Below, one piece after another: positions 56,360-64,000 of a stretch of 64,000 bases of DNA. The stretch's first letter is position 1; the number at the start of each line of letters is the position of its first letter. This DNA comes from Candidatus Aenigmatarchaeota archaeon. GTDB taxonomy: Archaea; Aenigmatarchaeota; Aenigmatarchaeia; QMZP01; JAFGSV01. A model generated the notes under the pieces. The model made no database searches. It had not been told where the DNA came from and was given only the letters and a program-made list of their open reading frames with translations. The position numbers were made by a program, and so were the translations under genes. Location of the stretch: assembly GCA_016931255.1 (NCBI GenBank), contig JAFGFG010000009.1, forward strand, positions 24,543 through 88,542. The letters run 5' to 3'.

Positions 56360-57118
56360 ATGGTCGATCTTGTTAACGGGCCGGAAATGGGGCCGAGAGA
56401 AGTGAAAATAGGTTCCGGCAGGGTAAAGACGGGGATACCCGGGCTGGATGAAATAACTAATGGCGGAATTCCTGAGGGACATACAGTCCTTATCTCAGGC
56501 ACAGCCGGCACAGGGAAGACCATACTCTGCAGCCAGTATCTTTATCAGGGCGTGACCAGATACAAGGAGCCTGGTGTCTATCTCTCGTTTGAGGAGTCAA
56601 CTGAATCCATAAAGAGGAATGCGCTGAATTTCGGAATGGATTTCGCTGCGCTTGAAGCAAGCAAGAAGTTCAGGTTCGTCACCTATGACCCGTACCACAT
56701 AGATGACATAGGAACCCATCTTGAGTCCACCATAAGGGAAATAGGCGCAAAAAGAGTGGCTATAGACTCCATATCAGCGCTTAATTTCTACATGAGAGAG
56801 GGCACGAACTTCAGGAGAGTCCTGCTGAATATCAGCAATGCGCTGAAAAAGATGAAATGCACCACATTCCTGATATCCGAGATAGTCGCGGGAACCCAGG
56901 GACTCTCAAGGAACGGACTCGAAGAATTCATAGCAGATGCCGCTCTTGTGCTTTACTACAACAGGATTGATTCTTCATTCTCCAGAGCCATACAGGTCTG
57001 GAAGATGCGTGGCACTTCTCATTCCGAGAGTCTCCATCCATACAAGATAACAAAAGAAGGCATAAACATATACTCGAGCGAAGAGGCATTCGTTGACATG
57101 AAGCACAGGCTCGGGTAA
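56360..57118 (+). CDS. KaiC-like RecA-superfamily ATPase
   Basis: TGIPGLD, GTAGTGKT, SFEE, IDSIS, KMRGTSH. Confidence 0.92.
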   Translation: MVDLVNGPEMGPREVKIGSGRVKTGIPGLDEITNGGIPEGHTVLISGTAGTGKTILCSQYLYQGVTRYKEPGVYLSFEESTESIKRNALNFGMDFAALEASKKFRFVTYDPYHIDDIGTHLESTIREIGAKRVAIDSISALNFYMREGTNFRRVLLNISNALKKMKCTTFLISEIVAGTQGLSRNGLEEFIADAALVLYYNRIDSSFSRAIQVWKMRGTSHSESLHPYKITKEGINIYSSEEAFVDMKHRLG

Positions 57119-57224
57119 GATATTAAGATGATTCTCTGATGAATCTACCGGAAGATATCCTAAGAAAGCAAATATACATTCTGCTATTGAGTGCATAAGA
57201 AAATAAATGTAAATCCCGCAGGAT

Positions 57225-57485
57225 TCACACTATGTCATTTTCACTGACAATTATGAAGTCGCCTACGGATTTTACCGCTGAAAACGGAACAAGAATCCTG
57301 TTCTTGTCATCCTGCCTGAGATTCAGGTCTGATATATTTGTGGTTGGCTCGACAAGCACGAGGTTTATGAGCTCACCAGACTCTATGATGTAGTCCAGGT
57401 CGCCTACGACACCAAACTTCTTCCCTGACTCTTCAGAAATCAGAATTTTCCCTACAAGGTCTTTGCTTCTTACCCTTTCATCCAT
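57225..57485 (-). CDS. PRC-barrel domain protein (CdpB-like)
   Basis: LVGKILISEESGKKFGVVGDL...VPFSAVKSVGDFIIV. Confidence 0.85.
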   Translation of the reverse strand: MDERVRSKDLVGKILISEESGKKFGVVGDLDYIIESGELINLVLVEPTTNISDLNLRQDDKNRILVPFSAVKSVGDFIIVSENDIV

Positions 57486-57534
57486 TTTAACACCTTAACT
57501 TATTGCTTAATATAGATAAAAACTATTTAAAAAT

Positions 57535-58620
57535 CTATGCTTCAATGAACATAGTCTGGAACTTCGGATTAATCCTGTATTTGAATGCCTTCCCCTTTCT
57601 CTCCCTTATAACCATCTTGTCCTTCATGAGTCTCCTGAGGATGTTGTTCACAGACCTTATGGCATTCCCTGCGTCATTGTACTCCTTGGGGTCCATCTGC
57701 TTCACTACCTGCGTCGGTGTCATACCGTCGCCCTTTGAAAGTATCTCAAGGATACTCCTCTGCCTGTAGGGAAGCTCGTCAACACTCTGCATTGTTTCTC
57801 TTGAAGGCTTCTCTGACACGATGTCCTTCAGGAAGTCTGTGTCTATTGATGAGATGTTCTTCCCGATGGCATCTTTCACGAGGTCATTCGAGACCCTGAG
57901 AACCTCCCTCGGGAATCCGCTTGTCCTGTCGTATATGTATCGGACGCTGCTGGATGTGAACGGTTTCACATCTTCACCACCCACCCATTCTATCCTCCTC
58001 TTTATCAGTTCTCTTGTCTCTGCTGATGTAAGGTTTGTCAGTTCAACACGGTTCTCTATCCTTCTTCTGAATGTTTCAAGTTCTTCCATAAGTCTCTTTT
58101 CAAAGACCGGAAGACCTCCCATTACAAGTGAAAGGTTGTCTATCTGGTCTGTGAGGGTCCTTAACCATTCAAGTGATTCTCTTGTTGACTCGTGACATTC
58201 ATCCACAAGGAGAAGAAGCCTATTTCCCTTGGACCTTTTGTTTATCCAGTCCCCTACTTCGTATATTGTTATATTATTTATCTCAGAACGCATGAAAAGC
58301 CTTCTGAAGAATCCAGGCTTAACAATCTCGGTGAATATCTTCTTCCATCCTTCAGGGTCATTGGGAGGTTTTGGTACATAGAAAACCCTTCCATAGCCCT
58401 GAATCTTGTTGATGACATTCTTCATCATTGTTGTCTTTCCGGAGCCGGTTGGCCCCAGTATAAGTGAAAACTTGCATCCATTTGAGAGGTTCTCTATAAG
58501 CGAACGCATCTCACTTTCATATCCTACAAAAAGATCAGGCAGTATCTTGAATACAAACGGGTTTCCTTCCCATCCAAACAACTTCATATATTTTTCACTT
58601 GAGTATGATTCTTCATTCAT
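57535..58620 (-). CDS. ExeA/GspA-like AAA ATPase with C-terminal winged helix
   Basis: FGWEGNPF, GPTGSGKTT, LLVDECH, TSGFPREV; wHTH-like tail. Confidence 0.8.
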   Translation of the reverse strand: MNEESYSSEKYMKLFGWEGNPFVFKILPDLFVGYESEMRSLIENLSNGCKFSLILGPTGSGKTTMMKNVINKIQGYGRVFYVPKPPNDPEGWKKIFTEIVKPGFFRRLFMRSEINNITIYEVGDWINKRSKGNRLLLLVDECHESTRESLEWLRTLTDQIDNLSLVMGGLPVFEKRLMEELETFRRRIENRVELTNLTSAETRELIKRRIEWVGGEDVKPFTSSSVRYIYDRTSGFPREVLRVSNDLVKDAIGKNISSIDTDFLKDIVSEKPSRETMQSVDELPYRQRSILEILSKGDGMTPTQVVKQMDPKEYNDAGNAIRSVNNILRRLMKDKMVIRERKGKAFKYRINPKFQTMFIEA

Positions 58621-58675
58621 AGTTTCACATATTTATCAGTAGGTTTTATAAGCTTTTTTCACGTTTAGTTAAACA

Positions 58676-59038
58676 ATGAATGAACATCAGATAACACGGG
58701 TTTCTGTGGTGTTTTCAATTCTTAGTGTAGTCGCTATATACCTGTTATCAATTTCGGTTCCTGTCAAAGATATTAGTGTATGCCAGCTGGATTATTCAAT
58801 GAAAGGCAGCAGCGTGAAGTTGTCGGGAACTGTCACAGAGACATACGTGAATGAAGGTAATGTATTCTTCACATTATCTGACAGAGGATGTGAAACAAGG
58901 ATTGTTCTGTGGTCAAATATGGCTGATGAAGAAAGCTCAGGAATCTCCGACGGTAATAATATTATGGTCACCGGGATGGTAGATTCATACAGGGGCGAAC
59001 TGGAGATAATAGCAAAAGACGTGAAAACAATTGAATAG
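58676..59038 (+). CDS. membrane-anchored OB-fold protein
   Basis: N-terminal TM; VKLSGTV, FFTLSD, VTGMVDSYRGELEII. Confidence 0.75.
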   Translation: MNEHQITRVSVVFSILSVVAIYLLSISVPVKDISVCQLDYSMKGSSVKLSGTVTETYVNEGNVFFTLSDRGCETRIVLWSNMADEESSGISDGNNIMVTGMVDSYRGELEIIAKDVKTIE

Positions 59039-59043
59039 TCTGT

Positions 59044-60075
59044 TCAGAAATACTTACCAGCAGACTCAACCAACTTCACGCCCAACTTCACGCAATCTTC
59101 AATTGTCTTTATGTCTGCAACTTCAACAGGGGTGTGTATGTATCTCACAGGAACTGTGAGTGCCCCTGATGGTATGCCTTCCCTTATAATTGATGCAACA
59201 GAAGCATCTGTTGCCCCGCCTGACATCACATCGAACTGCAGCTTTATCTTGTTCTTTTCAGCAGTTTCCTTGACCCATTTCTTTACCTGCGGATGAATGA
59301 CACTCATCGCATCCTTGATGTCAAGTGCAGGTCCGTCGGACATCTTTATGGGAACTTCAGTCTCGTTTATGCCGGGAACATCACCTGCTATTCCTGTGTC
59401 TATTGCAAGCATTGCATCAGGATTTATGCTGAATGCAGAACCCCTCACACCTATGAGACCTATTTCCTCTTTCACGGTTCCCACAAGATAGACTGTTCCC
59501 TTGAATTTCTTCAGCGATTTGGCAATTTCTATCAGCGAAAGGCAGCCTATCCTGTTGTCAAATCCCTGGCCTGTAACCTTTGATCCTATGAGGTTTTCGA
59601 GTGTTCCGTGAACTGTTATGAAATCTCCGATTCCTATTCCGGCCTTCTTCACGTCATCTTCATTTGAAGCACCGACATCTATGAAGAGCTCTTTCATTTT
59701 GAATGGCTTCTTTCCTTCATCTTTTTCCTGTATGTGAGGAGGTTTCGAGCCTATGACACCGAAAACAGAACCTTTTTCTCCATGTATTTTTACCTTCAGC
59801 GTAGGCAGTATCCTTTCGTCCCAGCCTCCAATCTTCTCGAATGAGATGAAACCTTCCTTGCTGATGTACTTAACTATAAGACCTATTGTGTCCATATGTG
59901 CTGCTAACATTATCTTCGGTGATCCATTTCCTTTTCGGGCTATAAGGTTTCCGACTTTGTCAATCTTCACGTCATTTACATGTGGCTTTATTTCCTTGTG
60001 AATGATGTTCCGTATGTTATCCTCGTACCCGCTTATTGAATCGGCTTCCACAAGCTTTTTCAGCAATTCCTTCAT
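59044..60075 (-). CDS. M42 family aminopeptidase (TET-like)
   Basis: AAHMD, FDNRIG, EEIG, GATDA, RYIHTPVE. Confidence 0.93.
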   Translation of the reverse strand: MKELLKKLVEADSISGYEDNIRNIIHKEIKPHVNDVKIDKVGNLIARKGNGSPKIMLAAHMDTIGLIVKYISKEGFISFEKIGGWDERILPTLKVKIHGEKGSVFGVIGSKPPHIQEKDEGKKPFKMKELFIDVGASNEDDVKKAGIGIGDFITVHGTLENLIGSKVTGQGFDNRIGCLSLIEIAKSLKKFKGTVYLVGTVKEEIGLIGVRGSAFSINPDAMLAIDTGIAGDVPGINETEVPIKMSDGPALDIKDAMSVIHPQVKKWVKETAEKNKIKLQFDVMSGGATDASVASIIREGIPSGALTVPVRYIHTPVEVADIKTIEDCVKLGVKLVESAGKYF

Positions 60076-60101
60076 TTTATCACCTTATGCTATAATTTGG
60101 T

Positions 60102-61178
60102 TCACAGCCTTATTAACTTTGATTTTGTGAGCATTTCGAATCCCTTTTTCTCTATTAAAATATCATTTTCAAGCCTTAGTCCTCCAATGCTGTCTGAATA
60201 GACACCAGGCTCTACAGCAATGGTCATTCCCTTCTTTAGCACAGCGTCCTCTGATGAGAGCGATGGGTACTCATGTATCTGGAGTCCTATTCCATGCCCA
60301 AGCGAATGCCTTATATCGTAACCATGCTCTTCAAGTACTTTCTTGTATATTTCATGCAGCGATGAAACCTTCACGCCGTGTTTCACGACATTCCTGAGTT
60401 GTCTCCAGACTGTTTCCAGAGTTTTGTGCATTCTCTCTGTCTCAGCAGACATATGGCCCGATATGAAGGGTACTGTGACATCCGTATGGTATCCCATGTA
60501 AACTGAACCGAAGTCTATTATACCAGGACCATTTCCTATTTTCTTTCCAGAAGCCCCGGGGTACGGATGTATGAACGCAGAACGCCTTCCGGATGTCATG
60601 ATTGTCTCGAAAGCAGGCTTCTCTGAGCCCCTGAACTTGAGTTCACATTCAAGCTTTGATGCAATTTCCCTTTCTGTGAATCCATCGGAGAGTACGCCTT
60701 TCAGAAAAGCGATGCCTTTATTTGTTATCCTTGCGCTTTCACGGACAGCTTCAACCTCTCTTTCTTCTTTAACAGCTCTTTCCATTGCCATGAAAGTGCC
60801 TATGTCATCTGACCGTGATTTAAGCTTCAGAATCTCGGATGTCTTGAGTGAAAGAATGCTCTTGTTCACGCCTATCCGTTTGTATTCATTTACATGGGCC
60901 TTTATTGTACTGAAAAGGCTGTCACCTTTTTTTATCTGGATTATTTCATCAACGGATGCATCTGTTTCCGCGCGGTTTCTGTCGAGTTCTGTTACTATAA
61001 GCCTGGTTTTTTCATTGTCGAGTATAAGCGCGCCGTCGAGCATTCCATGCATTCCGGTGATGTATGGTATATTAGGGTCAAGTGAAGGCTCCATATTAAT
61101 GAAAAGAGCAGCATCCAATCCATTTTCATCTAGACTGGATGCTATTTTTCTCACTTTCCTTTCGCTTATCAGCCTCAT
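60102..61178 (-). CDS. Xaa-Pro peptidase (M24B)
   Basis: DFG..YHTDVT, HSLGHGIGLQIHEYP, EPGVY, RLEND. Confidence 0.92.
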   Translation of the reverse strand: MRLISERKVRKIASSLDENGLDAALFINMEPSLDPNIPYITGMHGMLDGALILDNEKTRLIVTELDRNRAETDASVDEIIQIKKGDSLFSTIKAHVNEYKRIGVNKSILSLKTSEILKLKSRSDDIGTFMAMERAVKEEREVEAVRESARITNKGIAFLKGVLSDGFTEREIASKLECELKFRGSEKPAFETIMTSGRRSAFIHPYPGASGKKIGNGPGIIDFGSVYMGYHTDVTVPFISGHMSAETERMHKTLETVWRQLRNVVKHGVKVSSLHEIYKKVLEEHGYDIRHSLGHGIGLQIHEYPSLSSEDAVLKKGMTIAVEPGVYSDSIGGLRLENDILIEKKGFEMLTKSKLIRL

Positions 61179-61180
61179 AT

Positions 61181-62413
61181 TTATTCAAGGTCTTTCTTGG
61201 ACAGTATGTTCACGCTGGAGTTTATTTCTTCCTTCTCCATGCCAATAAGGAACTTTACACCCTTGTCTGAAGCCACACCGTTGAGTTTCTGATCAACCGC
61301 GCCGTCGAATATTATTGTGTTGGGGTTGTCTATTGTCCTGAGGGTGTTGATGAGTTCTGTGACAGGAACCTTTCCGAGAAGCTGGTCCTTGGAGTCGTAT
61401 ATGCATGCGGCTCTTGTTCCTACAAGGTCAGAAAGTATTTTGCTGAATCTCTCTCTTTGTTCTTTTTTTATTCTTGGAGCCCTTTTCATTATACTTCCGC
61501 TGTTCGGTGGGGAGCTTGGTCTTGTACTTTCCGGCCTTTCATTCCTTCTGGATCTTGGTCCGGATGAATCCCTTCTGCCGGACCGGTCGTTCTTTTTTGA
61601 AAGGTACTGTGCGACTGTTGTCTTTTCCCTGAGTGCTTTGTAAACCTCTTTCTTTGAGAGGTCTTCCACTTCCTTTCCGTCAGGCGCAACTGCTATGAAA
61701 TCTATATCAGCTGTTTCAAGAAGACCCTTCAGGTTGAGTTGTCCTCCCCTGTCATCGTCCATGAAAGCTGTTGTTTCTTTTTCTCTTGATATAATCTTCA
61801 CGACCTCAGGAACATTTGCGCCTTCTATGGCAAGGGTGTTCCTTATGCCGTACTTCAGGAGGTTGATTATATCAGCCCTTCCCTCAACGATTATAAGTTC
61901 ATCTGAATCCAGCATGTTGGGTCCGCATGGAAGCCCGTTGAATGATGTTATTTCATGGGCCCTTACAGCTTCCTTTATTTCCTCCGACAGGTCATCCGCG
62001 TCAGGAACGCCGTTGTCTGCGAGTTTTCTCAGGATTTCCTTGGCCTTGTCCACAACATACTTTCTCTTGTCAGACCTTGTATCCTCAACATCTGTCACTG
62101 ATATGGTTGCTGTGCAGGGACCAACCCTTTCTATTGTTTCGAGTGTCGCTGCTATGAGCGCGGTTTCAGCTGCATCAAGAGAGCTTGGTATTATCACTTC
62201 ACCCTCTGACTTGCCGTCCTTTGATTTTATTGTGACTTCAACCCTTCCTATTCTCCCGGTTTCCTGGAGTTCCCTAAGGTTGAGGTCAGATCCAAGCAGA
62301 CCTTCTGTCTGCCCGAACACTGCTCCTATGACATCGGGCTTTTCCACTATCCCCTTCGCCTTTATCTGAGCCCTTACTACGTATTTTATTGATGTAGGCG
62401 CGAGTTTCGCCAT
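61181..62413 (-). CDS. dnaG: archaeal DnaG-like primase (exosome-associated)
   Basis: VEKPDVIGAVFGQTEGLLG, VEGRAD, DDDRGG. Confidence 0.95.
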   Translation of the reverse strand: MAKLAPTSIKYVVRAQIKAKGIVEKPDVIGAVFGQTEGLLGSDLNLRELQETGRIGRVEVTIKSKDGKSEGEVIIPSSLDAAETALIAATLETIERVGPCTATISVTDVEDTRSDKRKYVVDKAKEILRKLADNGVPDADDLSEEIKEAVRAHEITSFNGLPCGPNMLDSDELIIVEGRADIINLLKYGIRNTLAIEGANVPEVVKIISREKETTAFMDDDRGGQLNLKGLLETADIDFIAVAPDGKEVEDLSKKEVYKALREKTTVAQYLSKKNDRSGRRDSSGPRSRRNERPESTRPSSPPNSGSIMKRAPRIKKEQRERFSKILSDLVGTRAACIYDSKDQLLGKVPVTELINTLRTIDNPNTIIFDGAVDQKLNGVASDKGVKFLIGMEKEEINSSVNILSKKDLE

Positions 62414-62780
62414 AAACGTCACCTTCCTTTAATTCTTCAATCCGAAGCTTTCCAAACTTCTTAAAATGCCTTCTCAGCCTTGAGTTGACACGTATCCTGT
62501 ATGATCTTAACAAGCAACCCAGTCTCGCAGCTATTTTTTCGCCTTCAGAATCAAAATCAGTTAATATTACTACTTCCTGCCCTTCTCCGTTCCCGTTCGA
62601 ACAGTTCGATTTTGAAACATGAAATGTGAAATCTGCAAGTGGCTTACCGCCAAGATGCATAATATTCTTTACACCTAGTCTTTTTAAAGCCTTACTGTCT
62701 TTCAGCCCCTCGACTATGACAATCTTGTCTTCGAGTTCATCCAGACATTTCCTGAAGCTTCCGATACTATCCTCTCTCTC
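62286..62780 (-). CDS. small TOPRIM-domain protein (start codon unclear)
   Basis: In-frame upstream of the listed ORF: KIVIVEGLKDSKAL; then ILTDFDSEG. Confidence 0.75.
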   Translation of the reverse strand, partial: EREDSIGSFRKCLDELEDKIVIVEGLKDSKALKRLGVKNIMHLGGKPLADFTFHVSKSNCSNGNGEGQEVVILTDFDSEGEKIAARLGCLLRSYRIRVNSRLRRHFKKFGKLRIEELKEGDVYGETRAYINKIRSKGSDKGEGDSGKARCHRSSVRADRRSAWI

Positions 62781-63606
62781 AAAGTTCTATCACGTCGACG
62801 ATATCCCTTTCTGTTATTATGCCCAAAAGCTCATGGTCCTCCACAACAGGAAGGCCTCCTATTCTTTTGGTAATCATAAGCTTTACAGCCTCGTAAGCAT
62901 CATCATCCGGAGATACTGTATAAACGCGGCTTGTCATTATGATTTTTACGGAAGACTTCTGCTCCCTAAGTTTTACGGGGATATTATTCTTGTGAAGATG
63001 TGAAAGTATGTCCCTTGGGGTTATGATTCCGACAAGTATGCCATTCCTGACAACAGGCAGCCTTCTGAATCCTCCCATACCGAGCATCTTTGAGACATCC
63101 AGAACAGTGTGGCTGTCCTGAGCCACCAGCGGTTTTCTTATCATAAGGTCGGATACGCGGACACCCATGTTTCCCCTTATCTGCCTCACGATATCCCATT
63201 CGGATATGGTGCCTACAAGTTTCTTCCTGTATGTTATGGGATATGAACCCTTCCTGTGTTTCCTGAAGAATTCTATGGCATCATTCATCTTTGTGTTCCT
63301 GTCTATTGTGAAAACATTCTTGGTCATGGCATCCTTTATTCTCACTTCCAGTTCAAGCTTTCTTTTCTTTCCGACACCCGAGAGTTCCCTTATTATGTCA
63401 GTGGACGCGACCATTCCCTTAAGATTGCCTTCCCTGTCTGTTACAGGAAGCCTTCTGTACCGGTCTGAAAGAATGTGAAGCACATTTTTGACCCGGTCAC
63501 TCTCCATGCATGTGACAACCTTTTTGGAACCGATATCAGTGACTGTTGCATCTTTATTGAACCATCTGGATACATTTACGTGTTTCATTTCCCCTAATTT
63601 CTGCAT
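62779..63606 (-). CDS. multi-CBS domain protein
   Basis: Four CBS repeats (RRLPV, GSYPI, RRLPV, GGLPV). Confidence 0.9.
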   Translation of the reverse strand: MQKLGEMKHVNVSRWFNKDATVTDIGSKKVVTCMESDRVKNVLHILSDRYRRLPVTDREGNLKGMVASTDIIRELSGVGKKRKLELEVRIKDAMTKNVFTIDRNTKMNDAIEFFRKHRKGSYPITYRKKLVGTISEWDIVRQIRGNMGVRVSDLMIRKPLVAQDSHTVLDVSKMLGMGGFRRLPVVRNGILVGIITPRDILSHLHKNNIPVKLREQKSSVKIIMTSRVYTVSPDDDAYEAVKLMITKRIGGLPVVEDHELLGIITERDIVDVIEL

Positions 63607-63682
63607 AGTAGATTCTTGTATTCGCTAAATAAAAACGTGAAACAATGGTTAACATATTAACTAAACTCCACAAAAAATAAGC

Positions 63683-64000
63683 ATGGCCAAAACAGGTGCT
63701 GTCATCGAGAATGTGCTAAGGAAAATAACACCTTCTGACAGTGTAAGAAAAAAAACAGGCCGCGCTCTTTCAAAAATAGAGAATGCAACGGGCAAAGCCG
63801 TGAAAGAAGAGGGACTCACATATACGCTTGCAGGTTCATATCTCCGGGACACCTGGCTCAAGGACAAGAAGGAATTTGACATCTTCATTCTTTTTCCTGA
63901 AAGCGTAAGCAGGGAAAACCTGGAAAAGAGAGGAATGTCAATAGGGAAGAGCATTGTCAAGACACTGAATGGCTCATATGAGATAGCCTATGCAGAGCAT
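63683..64000 (+). CDS. cca: CCA-adding tRNA nucleotidyltransferase (3' end runs off window)
   Basis: Manual translation MAKTGAVIENVLRKITP...AGSYLRDTWL..EFDIFILF...IAYAEH, class I archaeal CCA motifs. Confidence 0.92.
   Translation, partial: MAKTGAVIENVLRKITPSDSVRKKTGRALSKIENATGKAVKEEGLTYTLAGSYLRDTWLKDKKEFDIFILFPESVSRENLEKRGMSIGKSIVKTLNGSYEIAYAEH

Noticed and set aside
1-64000. CRISPR array, IS element, rRNA or DGR template repeat
   Set aside because: No spaced direct repeats, transposase/RT motifs or long non-coding regions seen by eye

Overview
Gene-dense archaeal chromosome segment. Short intergenic gaps, TATA-type promoters, the gene set and the nucleoside-salvage RuBisCO operon point to a small-genome DPANN lineage, probably Aenigmarchaeota-like (inference). 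Most of the window is housekeeping: translation (aIF5A, aIF2-alpha, HisRS, L44e, S27e, L21e, S26e, ABCE1, Dph5, SRP54), transcription (TFB, Rpo4, TrmB), tRNA processing (TrmI, Pus10, RtcB, archease, CCA enzyme, an intron-containing tRNA-Cys) and repair/replication (RadA, RPA, DnaG). It also holds a complete AMP phosphorylase / R15P isomerase / form III RuBisCO operon converging on enolase and iPGM. There are two type IV pilus-like systems. The one at 49.7-54.1 kb is canonical. The one at 27.4-39.9 kb is the standout: an ATPase and a TadC-like platform precede about ten membrane-anchored proteins, most with class III (pilin-like) signal peptides. One carries a GH73/glucosaminidase-like domain, one an M23 endopeptidase domain (both families hydrolyse bacterial peptidoglycan), and one is a 962-aa protein with Ca-binding repeats and pore-former-like hydrophobic hairpins. 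This suggests a pilus-mounted apparatus for breaching bacterial cell walls in an archaeon (hypothesis). No CRISPR array, rRNA or clear mobile element was seen. All product calls rest on motif recognition by eye, not on database searches.
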